In this document: piece by piece, positions 11,726 through 26,155 of the stretch
How the letters are laid out: each line of letters starts with the position of its first letter
Position numbering within the stretch: the stretch's first letter is position 1
Assembly (NCBI GenBank): GCA_013239625.1
Contig: MU053557.1
Coordinates: forward strand, 4,866,123-4,930,122
Length of the DNA: 64,000 nt
Direction of reading: 5' to 3'
DNA from: Lama guanicoe
Lineage: Eukaryota
Program-made: the position numbers and the translations under genes
The notes under the pieces: generated by a model
What the model was told of the DNA's origin: nothing
The model's database searches: none
Seen by the model: only the letters and a program-made list of their open reading frames with translations

Positions 11726-14051
11726 ACTTGCCATTTTTTATCATTGACCATTACCTAATATATTTGCATACGAATTTGCATCTCAAAATGCACTTTCCAT
11801 CCCAGGACCTCATCTGGTCCTTGTTTAGGGACTCATCTTGTCATCATATTTTTCAGAGGCTTAGAGCGGTTTAAGAAATACTTAATTCAAATTCTAATAA
11901 TAGTAGAACCTATGATTTATTGAGCCCTTACTCTGTGCCTGGCACTGTGAATTTACTTTATATATATTATCTCATTTGTGATATTCAGATGGAGCATGTC
12001 AGAGCATTAGACATGGTTCCAGGGTTCCATAAGTGCTAAGTGGCTACAGCAGGAAGCAAGCACCAACCCGGCACCCGGGCCAACAATTTCCCTATATACA
12101 AGCTTGGATAGAGGAGTGTCCAACCTGGTCCTCCAGTTCCTGGAAGATTCCCAGCTGCCTGGGCTGAGAAGAAGGCCTGGGAGACTTCATCCAGCAGTAC
12201 TGATCCTGTTACACCTACCAACATGCTGGAGGTGCCTTCTCCTGCCTCCTGGTGGGCCCCGAGGGACTTGGCACCCCTGGCTCAGTGGAGAGGTTTAATT
12301 TCCTGCTTTATGAAGAAAAGTTCCTGAAGGAAAAAGGTTCCCTCAGGCTCCCTGAGAGCTGCGTCTCTCAAAGCAGACAGTAAGAAGGGCACCCCAAGAT
12401 TGCTCCAGGATGTGGTCCAATGATACAGACAAAGGAGGTGAAAAGGATTCCTCTGGTCCTGAAAGAAAAGCCACCCACCCAGAGGGAGCTGGAGGGAGCC
12501 AGAGGGAGGCCATCTGGCTGTAGGGGATCGCATGCCTCCAGCCCTCCCGCGGGCCTGGCCAGCAGCCTGAGCAACCAAGCTTATTGCTGAGAAAAGGCAG
12601 TGGCCTAAGAGGGGACTCAGGCCTGTCCCTGAAGTTCAGACCTAGACAGCCCCTCTCGGGGTCATGGGAGCAGGCAAAGTGGAAACCAACCTAGCAGGGA
12701 GGGGATAGGTCCAGACTTGCTAATTTTTCATGGAATGTGGGGATGGCATCCAAGCGGCCTCACTCTGGGAACAATCAAGGGCCTGTCAATTGCACTCCAA
12801 CCTGTGGGAGGCTGGAAGGAACCACAGCTACATTAACTTAAAGTCTGCCCCCTCTGACCCAAGCCATTTACCACTCTGACATTCCAAAGTGTGTGTTTCC
12901 TTTATCTGCTCATCTCAGACCAATTTCTGACAGAGGGGCATGCACATCTGCTTGCATACCTCCAGTGACAAGGACCTCACCACTTCATCAGGCAGCTCTA
13001 TGTCCTTGGTCAACTTAGATTGTTAGGTAGTCCTTCTCCTGTTGGAATGAAAGCCCTGTCATTTTCCTTGGTTCCTTTGCTGCCCACAGAGATTTACAAA
13101 CAGTGGTCCTGGCTTCCTCGGGCTCCTCTCCTCCAGACTAAACATGCTCGGGGCCCCCAGTGGGCCTCAGAGATTGAATGTAAGCTTGTTTCCCTTGCTG
13201 TGCAATCAAGGCTTGATTTTAAAACTCTTTCACATCTTTGGGGTCAGTACCCTCTTTGAGAACCTAATAAAAGCAGTCAACCATCTCCATGGAAAATAAC
13301 ACACTCCCACACAAAATGTTACCTACTACTTTAGAGGGTCTGTGGACTCTGAGGACCCTTTCTTTAATGCATGTCAGTTTCTAGAAAGTGGTTGGCCTTT
13401 AGTACTGATTTATGTATTCAATAAATGTTTACAGAGGGCTTACCATGTGCCAAGCACTGTTTCCAGTGCCCAGGATGGAGAGGTGAATAAAACAAATCCC
13501 AGCTCCAAGAATTTACAATCTGGGGCAGGAGACAGACACAAACAAATCAGCCACCACTTGATCAATTTTATATCATGATAAATTCAAGGAAGAAAATGAA
13601 ACAGAATGGTACAATGAGAAGTGGCAGGATTAGGGGATCTGATGACAGGAAGACAGTGGGGACAGTAGGGTTGGGTGGGTCAGGCAGAAGCAAGGATGGA
13701 TGTCAAGAATCTAAGGCAGGAGGAGTGTAAGGAGGCCAGGGGGGCTGCAGCCCAAAGTGGAGGAGTGGGGTGAGACGGGGTCGAGGGGCACAGAGCCAGG
13801 CCAAGTGGGGCCCTGTGGGCCATGTGAAGAGTTTGGGTCACCTAAGTGCAGTGAGTGAAACACAGCCAGTTATGTGTTTCAAAGCTCACTCAAACAGGCA
13901 GGAGAATCAAAATGTATTCCCCTTTCTTATTTTCTTATATCTGCAAAAAGAAATCCTGGAAGAATACAAAAGAACTTAGTAAGAGTGCTTACCTAGAAAA
14001 GCAAGATTTCTCAATATTTACACGTTATATTGTTTTGACATTTGAATGACA

Positions 14052-14484
14052 TTGTGGCTGCCATAGCAAATAATAACAAACTGGGGGGCCTAAAACAAAT
14101 CCAAAATAGTTCTAGAGGTCAGAAATCCAAAATCAAGGTGTTGGCAGGGCCATGTTACCTCTGAAGATGCTTGGGAGGTTTCTGTTCCTTGCATCTTCCA
14201 TCTTATGGGGGCTCCAAGCATTCCTTGGCTCCTGGCTCCTTCACTCTCTGCTCTGTGTTACCGCCTTCTCTTCTGTCTGTCAAATCTCCCCTATGTGTCT
14301 CTTGTAAGGACATTTATCATTGAATCAGGGCCCACTTAGATAATCCAGGATGATGACTTTATCTCAAGATCCTTAACTTAACCACATGTACAGAGACATT
14401 TTTTTCAAATAAGGTCATATGCACAGATTCCGGGAATTAGCATGTGGACTGATCTTTGGAGTCGCCACTGTTCAACCCACCACA
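14052..14484 (-). mobile_element. MaLR solo LTR (MLT1-type)
   Basis: Same MLT1 motif series. Confidence 0.75.
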
Positions 14485-15022
14485 ATACCTATCCCATAAG
14501 ATCAAAGTGAACATTAAAACTTTGTTGTAGCTCTGGGATGGCAAAGGGACTGAGGGTGACAGACAGAAGAGAGGAAGGAGGTGGAGGGAGGTGGGTATGT
14601 GTGGGAGCGAAGACCCAAAGGACTCCATTCCATGTAGGATGGAAGCGGAAAGCAGCTCTCACCCCACCCTCCGCCCTGGGTATGGCTTGAGCAAAGGGCA
14701 GACTTTGGTGCCCACACTGAGGCTGGAAAGACTGGAGGACAAGGGGGTTCCAGGGAGGTGGGAAGTGAGACTGGGTGGGAAAAACTGTAGACATTTAAAG
14801 GTAGAAGTTACCATGTGGGTAGCTGGATTTATATGTAGTGAGGCCTACAAAAGCTTTTAAGGGAATGGGAGCATCAGGTGGACAAAAAGCCCAGGCTGCA
14901 GAAAACCCATCACCAACCTCCTGTTGAAAGCTCAACATCCACTGATGCAAGCCGGGGCCGCCACATCACAGAGGTGGCTGTGACTCATCTTGGGAAATCT
15001 AGGTTTCTCCCATCCTACACTT

Positions 15023-15076
15023 ATGCAACCAATTCTCTGACTCTAAATGCAACCAATTCTCTGACTCTAAATGCAA
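15023..15076. repeat. Perfect 24-bp tandem duplication
   Basis: atgcaaccaattctctgactctaa x2 plus atgcaa. Confidence 0.9.
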
Positions 15077-18000
15077 GACTTCTCATTTCCAATGCAAATT
15101 TCAGGATCCCTATGGCTCACCTTTCCACGGAATTCTGCCCCCAAACCAAACAGGACAGCATGCATCATATGATCCCAATTTCGTGGGGGAGAAATCGACT
15201 CTCTTTAGGTGTGTCTGTAACGATAGCTAATCTTCACTGAGGCATTATGCTGAGCACTGCAGACTTTATTCCACTTAATTCTCTCCATGATACTTTGATG
15301 TAGGTGTTATCATTATTGCCTTCTTACAGAGAAAGATAATGAGGCTCAGAGAGGTAAAGTAACTTGCCCACGGTCACCCAACTAGTAACTGTTAGGGCTG
15401 GGACTTGCACCCTGGCAGTCTTGGCTTTTGTGTCTATAATCATTACTGCCCCTCCTCATTCTTGCCCTCTTGTGGATATAAATGCATATAAACAGTTGAT
15501 GGAAATACCTACAAAGCTGTTAATAGCATTTGGTTCTGAGATGGGTGTGAAAGGAGTACACATTACATTGTTCTGCCTTGCTTTGAATTGTCTTCAAAGA
15601 ACAGGATTTTTCAATTTAAAAATATGCATCTGTTTACTTTTCAAAAGAAAAATCTGGAAGAACATACTTCAAAATGTCAACAGCAGTTACATCTGGGGAG
15701 CACAAACAGGAAACTGTCTACCTTCTACACAAACAGTTCGCTGTTGTTTGAACTTTATACAATGGGCGTTTACTGCTTTTGTAAGCAGAAAAAGGTAATT
15801 AAGACAAAAAAAAAAAAAAGAAAAAGAAGGATATAGAGGAGGAAGGTGACTCAGCAGCTCTTCTGGGATCCCCAGCAGCTCCTGACAGAGGCCCCGCCTA
15901 CCTTCACAGGCCCCTTTCCCACTTCTGCCCCACCCCACCTACTTTGCACATCCTAACCAGAAAAACCTTTTCCCCTGCCAGCCGGTAGTATCTGTCCTGC
16001 CCCTGCCCCTCCCGGCCTCTAAACCAGGCCTCTGGCGATCCCAGTCGCACAGAACAACAATATCCCCTCATCCTCCATCAGCAGCTCTGTAGTTTATGAA
16101 ATGTCTTCCCACGCCAGCTCCCGTTTTATGCTCCTGACGACTGTGTGAGGTGGATATTCTCATGCTGATTGTACAGATGTGGAAGCTGCAGCTCAGCAAA
16201 GCTCAGCTCCTTGCCCAAGGTCACATGGTGAGTCTGGGATTGTGCCTGGGCCCAGATTCCCAGGCCAGGCCTCTCCAATGCTGCATCAGTACAAGTTCAC
16301 ATCAGGGACTTGAGTTCTAGGACCTAAAGCCGACCTGCTGAATCTTGTTTAGACGCCTGACAGAGCAGCAGTACTCCTGTTCTTTACAGAACTATCCCTG
16401 CAGGCTTCCTGGCATGCTTGGCCACAGCTGGGCACCTGAGGCTCACCGGAGCCTTGCCCTGCACTGCCCAGGCCCTGGTGCTGAGCCTGAAGTGAGGGCA
16501 GAATGGAAGGGTCTTTGGGCCCAGATGGAGGAGGGTGGGGAAAAAAGGGCAGCCAGCCAGCATGCTTATAAGGCAGGAGCAGGCAAACCCTGCAGTCTAG
16601 GGCAGCCGGTCATGGGCTGCGGTGGGATCCTGGATATGACTTTGATCAAATCGCTTAGTATCTCTGGGCCTCGGTTTCCTCATCTGGAAAGTGGGCATTA
16701 TAGTAGCCTCACCTTAGAAATCAGTTGTGAGGACAAAATGAGGAATCCCTGTAATGCACGGAACACAATGTCTGGACAGAATACATGCTGACCAAATGCT
16801 TCTTATCATTTTTAACAAGAGTGAATTGGTTTGCCCCCAACCAACTTAGTTCTTTTTGGTGAACACTTACTGAGAGTCCACTTATTTAGCCCACTGAGGT
16901 CCTGGGCTAAGCACCGAGGACAAAGAGATAAAAGTTGACACAGCTCCAGCTCACTTAGCTCATGCACTGTCAGAGGAAACTGGCCCAGAAGGAAGTAGAT
17001 CGGCCCTGTTGGCCTGCAGCATGAAGGGATAATGTCTGGAATGGCACTGGGGCAGGATGGTGTGTGGCCTTGAATGCCAGAGTAATCTGAGAACTTCGCT
17101 TGTCTGCCTGGGAGCCACAGAAAGTCTTGGAGCAACAGAGTGGCTGACCCAGTTACCTCACTTAGACATGAAATCTTAGCACCAATGACCCCACAGGGCT
17201 TCTGAGCTGTCACCAACCAAGGCAGGCACAATGGGGAAAGGGACAGCAGAAGAGAGAAGGGCATGGAGGCCGACCCTGGGGTGGGGACAATCTGGGCTGG
17301 AGTGAGGGTTGCAAGTGGACTGGGTGAGGCCACATAGAGAGGTCAGGGAGGGGTTCAGTCCTGGAGGAAGTAGCCAGGGAGGAATCCATTTGACTCCAGT
17401 AAAGTTAACTCCAGCAGAGTTAACGGGCCTATTTGGGGAGTGGGGCTGATCAATGGGACGGTCTCTCAGGTGGTTTTGCTTTCTCTCTGCTTTTCTATGT
17501 TTTCCCTTTTCCTACAATGAGCAACTAGAAGAGAAGGGAGCGGCATCATTGTCTGGAAGTCCTGGGATGGGGACCAGGTGGCGCTGTCTCACAGAGGGAC
17601 AGCTGGAGTGAGACTCCTAGGGGAGCTCCAGGGTCTAGTGAAAGAGACTTGCAGGTGCAGAACGGCCTTTGACAACTCTGGCCTCTCTGAACCTTGGTGT
17701 CTTCCTTTGGAGAGGTAATGACGCCATGGTGGAGGCAGTGGGTGGGGTGGAGATGACTGGGGCACCTCCATGCCCTCTGGCTCACGGGCGTGTCTGTGTC
17801 AGCAGCATCATCCGCCCAGGTGTGGGCCAGCTCAGCACAATCAGGCAGGACCAGCCTGGGTGCCCAGCAGAGGCAGGCTGGCTTCCAGACCCTCACCGCC
17901 CACCTCCCCAATCTGAGCCACTTGCCCCAATCTGGGGACAACCTACTTCTCCTAGGGCAGCCCCAGTCAACTGAGAAAGTCTGACTCAGGTTGAGCAGGA

Positions 18001-18807
18001 AAAGGCCAGGACTCGTTCCCGGATGAAGCTAAGGCAGAAAAAACCCTGGGCACCTGGCGAGCTCGGTATGCTTCCTGCATATGCAACCAGTTCACTGTGT
18101 TCCCTCCTCAGGGCCTCAGTTTCCTCTTTGACTACTGAGCCAATCCATGAATTCATTTTCTCTTGGTAGGACATCTACTGAGTGTCAGACCTGCAGGAAG
18201 CATCAAGGAGACAATGAATCCAGATCCCAGGCCTTGGGGAGCGTCCAGCCCGGCCCCCCTGTGCCCTGTTGGCAGCAAAGCTGGAGGGAAGCTGCTCTAC
18301 GTGGGGTGCGGATGTGAATGTGGGGCTGGGGTCCTTTTGCGCCAGTCGGCGGGAGATGACCAGAAGAGGGCGGCAGAGAGCGGGATCCCTGAGCGAGGGA
18401 GCCGTGACCTTGGCAGTCCGAAAAGGCGGAGGCCTGGGGATTTTCAGCCTCACTGCTGTCCGGAAAAAGTTTCACAAGGGCCTCTGGGCCGTGGGCCCCG
18501 GCCCAGCCAACACCCCATCACTCTCCTGTCCCAGAAGGACCCGTTTTAGGGCATCCTTGGGTCTGCCGCGGGCAGTGCAGGGATGAGGCCGGAATGACCA
18601 GCTGTGACCTGCGAGGGGGAAAGAGGAGGGGAGAAGGGATGACGGCAGAGAAGGGCCAGGGAGGGCCCTGCACTAGGATCTTTAGGCTGGGCGGAGTCAC
18701 ATGTCATAGGGCGGGGGGGGGGGGAGCGGTCCTCAGAGCCCTGTGCACCTAGCAAAGTCTTTGACTAGGTTTTCTAAAGATGGGCTGGTGTTGTGAGGGT
18801 GGTAGAC

Positions 18808-18809
<2 letters not shown>

Positions 18810-18839
<30 letters not shown>

Positions 18840-19100
18840 TACCTAATCACACTCATACACACTTTCACACCCACACATGTGAATGCACATCCATTTCCAC
18901 CCAGCTGGCACACTCACAAGCACTCTCACACTTGTATACACACACACTCACACACATTCATACACTTAATCACATGCTAGCACACACCCGTTTTTCACAC
19001 GACTCTCACAGGTACTCACATACATGTCTTACATATATTCAGTCACACACACTCACATTTCTACCTATTCATACACTCACACACCCTCATACATTTGCAC
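18810..19100. repeat. (CA)n microsatellite and degenerate CA-rich tract
   Basis: Direct reading. Confidence 0.9.
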
Positions 19101-19873
19101 ACCTGAGGGCCTCCCCGGAGAAGAGTAGGTGGAGTCAGGGGACAGTCTGCCAGCTCTGATCCCTCCTGCTGTGTTCCAGGGATAATCCCAGCTCTCAGGC
19201 ATCTGTGACCCGCTGCCTCCCACCCACTTCCATAAAGGATTTGAGATGATTTGGAAGATTAAATCCCAAATAAAACAGGATAATGAAAAAGAAAAATAGG
19301 CAGGCTGAAGCAATAAAGCATAACCCTTGCTTCTCCAGACTCGGGGTCGTCTAACCTTGTAGGGACCCAGTGATCTGTGATTTCAAAGCTCTAGCAGTCC
19401 AGCCCTGCCTGTTTCTAACCATCCCTCTGCACTTGCTCTTGCAGGCTCCTCTCTGCCCCCAGCTTGCCTCTCAGAGACTGTGGAAGGGTTTACTCCCTGC
19501 TAGCATGGCCAACTCTGCCTGCGGTGGCTGGGTGAGCCCCCCTTGCCACTCCCCAAAGGTGGCTGGGCCAAAGGCTATTAGAATGACTACCTGTCGAATA
19601 GTGTTTCCCATCCACCTTCAGTCATCCTCCTGAACTGAAACCTCGGCTTTGGCCTTTTTCCCCCTCAAGGTGAGTTCCCAGCCACCCAGGGCCCCCCAGC
19701 ACTGAAGCAGAGTTCCTCTCCTCGTTGTCCTAGAGTCTCAGTCCTCAGCCTCCACTCATCTGACCGTTAGCCCCAACTCTTCCCTCCACCAGGTCTCAGT
19801 AATGCCTTCATTCAAACAAGACACCCGGTGACACATCCTGAGATTCCAAAGTTGCTGGAATGGAGTGGACGTT

Positions 19874-20490
19874 TCAGTCAGCTATTACTGCATAACAAGC
19901 CAACTCAAAACTTAATGGCTTAAAACAGCAATTTATTTCTAATAATCCTGTGGTTTGGCTGGATTCATCTGGGTGGTTCTGCTCTACACGGTGTTGGCTA
20001 GGACCACTCAGGCTGCCGCATTCTGCTATATCCAGCTGGACTGCCTTCAGGCATGACTGGATCCAGAGGCTCAAGTAATGACATCAGGAATATACGACAC
20101 TCCCCATTCTCTGCCCTGCTTGGCTGGGGCTAGAATGTCCAGGATGGCTTCCGTCCCATGTTTAGTGCCTCCACTGTGGTGACTAGGACACCAGGGGCTG
20201 GCTAGACCTCCTCTCTCACATGGTTTCTCCAGGAAAATAGCCAGACTTCTTTATACAACAGCTCAGAGCCTAAGAGACAAAAGCAAAAGCTGCCAGACCT
20301 CTTAAGACCTAAGACTGGAACTAGCACAGCATCAGTGCAACCAAGTTCTATCAGTCAAAGAAAATCATGAAACAAACCGAGATTCATGGTTCAAGGGGAG
20401 AAAAATGGATTTCACCACCCAGTGGGAAGAGGCACACAGGTGTGCGGGGATGAGAGAAATCTGTGGCAAGCACTTCTGCAGACTCTGCCA
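19874..20490 (-). mobile_element. Old MaLR LTR (MLT1-type), diverged
   Basis: tcagctattactgcataacaa..caaaacttaatggcttaaaacagc start motif; subfamily uncertain. Confidence 0.6.
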
Positions 20491-20646
20491 TAGCGGGCAT
20501 ACTCACTCAGCTCCCAGCATGTCTGCTATGAGAGAAGCCTAGCAGCAGGTATGTCAGGCAACTGCGATAACTTAATGTTGTTAATCACAAAATTCTTATC
20601 TCCATTTCCAGGCAGAATTGCATTTTGGTTGGCACATTATTGGGGA

Positions 20647-21200
20647 TTATTTCATTTGTAAGTGATGGGAACCTAGCTCAAACTGGCTTAAGAAAGAAAA
20701 AAAAGAGACAGAGGATATATTGACTCATATACTGGGAAATTTAGGGAAATACTGGGAAATTCAGGGATGGACTGGGTTCAGAGTCTCAGTTCATGTCATC
20801 AGGAATGTATTACACTTTCCATTCCCTGCTCTGTTGTCCTCTGCGTTGGCCTCATTCCCACACTCTCAAGCACGCTCTTTCTGCAGGGTGCAAAAATGAC
20901 CACCAATAACTTCAGATTTGCATCTTATCAACTTAACACTCACAAGAAGATATGCTTCTCCTCAGTAATTTCAGTGAACATCACAGGCGTGTCCTATGAT
21001 GGCCCAGAGGAGAACGTGACCTAATCTGGGACCCAGTCACTGTGACCCCAATTAGCCAGGCCTGCATATTGTGCCCACCCCCTGGAAGAGAAGAAAAGGT
21101 GGAGTCAGCCCCACCAGAACTACATGGACTGAAAGCTGGTGTGGGGGTGGGGGGCCTCCAAAGAAAAGGAGGTGATTTAACCAAAAGGAGGAAGAGGAGT
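20647..21200. mobile_element. Old MaLR LTR (MLT1-like), diverged
   Basis: ttgtaagtga..aacc..ctcaaactggcttaa motif typical of old MLT1 elements. Confidence 0.5.
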
Positions 21201-21789
21201 CATAATGCTAAGGCAGCAAACACAACAGAAGGCCACTGCGTTATCTGATGTGTTAACAGAGAAAGAAAATCATGTGAACTCAGCTGGAGATAAGCATTTT
21301 CCTGATTCTGAATTCCAGAAAGGATCCCTTCGCACAAACAGGTAAATCCAGGGCATTTCCTGACATAGTGCACCGCAGCTTCCCTCCATTTTGGGATAGA
21401 TATGGAAACATCCTTCAAGTGCTCATTTAGTAGGTTGCCCACCTGTGAAAGCTGAGAACAGAACATTTCATTGCCCCAAGGAAAGGCAATTCTGTAGGCT
21501 GCAGAGGTCATGGCTTCCCTGAGAGGCTTCCAAATATCAGGGATGGTGCTCAGTCAGCATGGAGAACAGAGAGGCAGTCTCCTCTCTAATATAGCATTTC
21601 TGTGAGCCTTCCCTGCCTTCCCTTAGCAGTCTCATCCTGTTCCACTCAGATATCCACTCTGGGTCAAAAGCAAGGGTTCAGACCTTGGGTAGAGGGTGAT
21701 AGAGGGTCAAGAATCACAAACTCATGGACTTTTAGAGCTGAAGGAGATCGGAAGCACCATCCTGATTACTCCTTAACATTAATTCTCTC

Positions 21790-22200
21790 CTTCCACAGGT
21801 GGACTTATTAGGGGGAACCATGACTACCCAGTATAAAGACTACATTTCCCATCCTCCTTTGCCACTGGACATGGCCAAGTGACTAAGTTCTGGCCAGTGA
21901 GATATGGCTTCTGAGAGTCTTCCTCTGCCCTTTCCATCTTTGTCCCTTCACCTTTCTGATTCTGTTTCTTCTTCCATCTTGCTTCCTGGAACGTGGGAAT
22001 GACGGCCACCATTTTGTACCAATGTAGATGAGGGCCATACCATGGGAAGGTGGGTGTGAACCAGAGGGTTAAGCAGAGTAGAACCACCACACCAGCCTTA
22101 GACCCGTCTTTATACTTTCATGGGAGAGAGAAATAAGTGTCCATATTGTGTAAGCCACAGTTTTGAACTTGTGTTTCCTGTAGTCAGATCTGAACCTAAT
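21790..22200 (+). mobile_element. Old MaLR LTR (MLT1-like)
   Basis: actacatttcccatcctcctttgc..gtgactaagttctggcca..gagagagaaataa..taagccac motifs. Confidence 0.6.
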
Positions 22201-25128
22201 TGATCACATTATCTCTTCCAACTTTCCCATATCCTTCACCACCACCCCCCGCCATACCATCTCCCATCCATTGCTTAAAGGATATTTGTACAGCTCACAC
22301 AATTACTACCTGTCAAGATCATTTCATCTTTGGAATTGAATTGTTAGGAATGTGTTAGAAACTTCTTCCCCATCTTCTTTCATTCAGTCTGCATACAGCC
22401 AAGTTCTCTCCCTCAGGACGGTCAACCAGAGTTCTGCTGACAGAGCTCAGGGCACCCAGGGCTTCTCTTACTGGCTCTCTCCCTTCCTTGCAAGGCCTGC
22501 CTTCTTCCAGTGCATCCCTTGTGCCATTTCCCAGAGCCCCATGGGACAAGAGACTTAATGTCCACAGCTCCTTGGCACATGGGTGACGATTTGCAAGGAT
22601 CTTTTGGATCTGTGGTGCAATGTATTATATACCAATGCAGCTTGAGACACTTGAAATACTTGTTAAGAATGCTTCACATTTGCCTAGCAGCTTACATACT
22701 TTCTCTCACACTCTTATTTTATTACTATTATTTGTAATAATAATAATAATAATGTCCTCTTTACAGAAATTTAAAGGAATACAAAAAATGTAGCATGAAA
22801 TTCCAAATTAAAAATAGGAGCAGAAGGAAAAAGAAAAAGAGGACTGGATTATAAAATATAATCAGACCAATAGTTATAAATTATATATGCACAGGGCATA
22901 ACTAGATACTTTGCTGCCATTTATTAAGGATGTATTCTTCATAAACCACTGAAATAAGCAGGGGACACTATGTAATTAAATCCTTGCAAGTTAGATATTT
23001 CGGCTAATTTGCGGATGATAACAGTGAGCCTTGGGGAGGGAGATCAAGGGCACTTTCTAAGGTCCCAGGGCCTCTAATGGTAGAGTCAGTTCCTTGACTA
23101 TATGTCCCCCACCAGTCTTGCCTCCTCACTCCTTGAGACAGTCTGGCTCTGCAGCCTGAGTGTTCTTCCATGGTGACACTGGCACCATCTCCTCCTCCAC
23201 ACCTCTACTTAAATGTCACCGCCTGGGCAAGGACTTCCCTGACCCTCCATCTCTTCCCTCTCTGATAGCTTGTTAGCAGGGGGTCTGCTTTTCACCACGA
23301 TTACGTGTTTTTTCAACTGTCTCCCTCACTGAGGCCAGAGATTGCATCTGTCTTGTTTGCTGCTGGACTGTCAGTACCTCAAACAAAGCCTGGCACATTC
23401 AGGCACTGAAACCTTACTGAATGAACTATCACCCATGATTCCCATCAGATCACCCTGCCTTCCCAGGACATCTCATGGAGGCCCTGACCTGGGCCTGAAG
23501 GGTCTGTCAGAGCTTCTTACCTCATCACATCTCTGCATGATAGAAAGGGGAAACTGAGGCCAGAGAAGGCCAGGAACTTGTCAGGGGCATCACAGTGGTT
23601 AGACACGTAGCTGGGGGAGAGAGGGTCCTGGTTCCAAGCCGAGGGCCAGACACCAGTGGGTGGCCCCAGCTGGTACAGGTTTAACTATGAAACAATAAAG
23701 TGAGACAGGAGAGCCCTGAAATGTGGCTGGTAGGAGGGGCTGCCCAGAACAATGTGGCCAGCCTTGGGAGGAGACAGAGAGGCCTGCTGGCCTGCCTGGG
23801 AAGGAATCCAGTAGGGGCCTTGCTCAGTTTCCTCCCAGCACAGGGGGAAGTAAACACATTCCTCGGCTGTGCCGGCATACCCCCCTCCCTGGCTCCAGCT
23901 GCCCCACCAGCTGCCAGGGCCTCAGGTTCCTGGCCAGTGGTCTGTTGCCCTAGGGAGGGGAGGGTCCAGAGAAGCTGCATGACTCACCCAGGGTCAGAGC
24001 AGTGTGTGGTGGCTGGTACCCTTTGCCAAGCTGCCTCCTGCCCCAGCGCATAATGGTGAGAAGGATATAGTGTCCCTCTCCCCACCCCAATCCTGTGTTG
24101 GGCCGTGCAGAAGCCCAGGGACAGCTGAGCTAGCTCCCAGCCAGGCTGAGCCTCTCTCTGCATCTGGTCCCCTCCACCAGCTGGGACAGTGAGGAGTGCA
24201 CTGGGGACCCTTGACAGGGCAGGAATGGCCTATGTGAGCACCGGGGTTCTGCGTCCCTACTGTACAGATGGGCAAGGACTTGCTCCAGGCACCACAGCCA
24301 GACTGTGACTAAGCCAAGATCAGAATCCAGGTCTTGTGGACAATGGCGTCATGTCATTGAAACCATGAGGATGGCTGCCGCCTCCCAGCCCCTTCAGCCC
24401 CTACCCCACCCTCCCTTGTCCCTTCAGCTCTGTCTGGCCCTCTGCACGTGCGGATTCTTCTGCCCAGAATTCCCTCCTTGAACTCTCTTGACTGGGCACG
24501 CCCCTACCTGTACTTCAGAACCATTCTGTGCTTCCCTGCCAACCAGACCGCCGGCCTAGGGCAGGGTGGGCCCTGCAGCAGCAGCAGCAGCTGTCATCGG
24601 ATGCCAGCGCCAGGGCTGCAGTCTCAGCAGCTGAGACTGCCTGGTTCTCGGAGGCAGCCAGGGATGATTCATGGGGAGCGGGAAGACGGGAAGGCTTGGG
24701 TGTCACCCTATGTAATAAATCTGAGTGTCATGGAAAAGGGCCTGGGATCCAGATTGGGAGATCTGGCCCTGGCCTGCTTCTGTCTTCAAGCCCTAGGACC
24801 TGGAGGGGGTTCTTCAACCCCTCGGGGAGACGTCATAGAAGGTCTGAGCCTGGGTCTGGAGTTGGAGCAACAGGGCAATCTTTATCTCTTCTGCCAGCTC
24901 CAATCGATCAACAGTAGCTGTAGGGCACTGTGGCGGGGATGATTCAGAGGAAGGGAGTTTGGGAGTAGACCCGCCATTTATTTCATACTCCTGGGCTGGG
25001 ATGTCTCTTAGGGCCCTCCCTCCCTAATGAACACACTCCTGTGGTCAGAATCAGCAGCTGTTCAGCTCTGGCAGAGCCTCAGGACAGGCAGCAGGGCTGG
25101 GTCACAGCACTCTGCTGGGCCTCCAGTC

Positions 25129-25129
<1 letters not shown>

Positions 25130-25182
<53 letters not shown>

Positions 25183-25189
25183 AACACAC
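25130..25189. repeat. (CA)n microsatellite
   Basis: Direct reading. Confidence 0.95.
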
Positions 25190-25707
25190 GAGATAGGGGC
25201 CCTTCTTAGGCAAAGGGCTCTGGCTGTGGGCTCCAGCCCTCTCCCTTCTGTTGGCCCCAGATAAACATTCCTTCCAGCTTTGCCTCCTGAGCTGCTGCTG
25301 GCTTATTCCGGTCAGATCAGCACAGAACAGACCTCAGCAGAGCATCAGGCTAAGCTGTTCCCTGCCTGCTGCGGGGAAGGACTGAGGGTGGTGGGGCTGG
25401 AGGAAGAGGGGAGGAGGGCTGGGAGGCTGAGGTCCAGTCCCTGGGCTGATAAGCAGCCTTGGACATTGCCCTGAGAAGGATTTCCTACTGTTGCTTCCTT
25501 CTTCCTCATACACGTGTCTCCAGTCCCTCCTCCAGCGCCCTAGCGTCTGGTCACTGTTAAGGACTCAGAGGCCTTTTGTAGGTCAGAGAGCAGGGTTTGA
25601 AGTCCTGCTTGCTATATGGCCTTGGGCTGGTCTGTGCCTTAGTTTTCTCATCTGTAAAATGGGGGAAAGTGCACCAAATTCATTCTGATAGGGGATGCCT
25701 AAGGAAT

Positions 25708-26155
25708 TGTACTGGGTTGAATAGTGTCCCTTTACAATTTACAACCACTGGCAGCTGTGAATGTGACCTTATTTGGGAATAGGGTCTTGGCAGATGTAAT
25801 CAAGGTTCTTCCCTTGAGGTCATACTGGATTAGGGTGGGCCGTAAACCTAATATGACTAGAGTCCTTATGGAAAATTTGGACACAGAGACAAAACACAGA
25901 CACCCACAGAGCAAAGGCTGTGTGAAGACCGAGACAGAGACGGAGGTGATGCTGCCGTGAGCCAACAAACGCCAGAAGCTGCCAGAGGCCGGAAGCAGCG
26001 AGGAAGGATTCTCCCCCTAGAGCCTTTGGAAGAAGCATGGCCCAACTGACGCCTTCATTTTGGACTTTTGGCCTCGGGAGTTGTGAGGAAATAAATTTCT
26101 GTTGTTTTAAGCCACGGGTTGGTGGTAATTTGTTACAGCAGCCCTAGGAAATGGA
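25708..26155 (+). mobile_element. MaLR solo LTR (MLT1B/C-like)
   Basis: tgtactgggttgaatagtgtcc...gaatgtgaccttatttgg...aataaatttctgttgttttaagcca...ttgttacagcagccctaggaa. Confidence 0.85.

Noticed and set aside
25767..25776. Perfect CArG box CCTTATTTGG (another at 39347-39356)
   Set aside because: The first is part of an MLT1 LTR motif and the second lies between L1 fragments; no supporting context.
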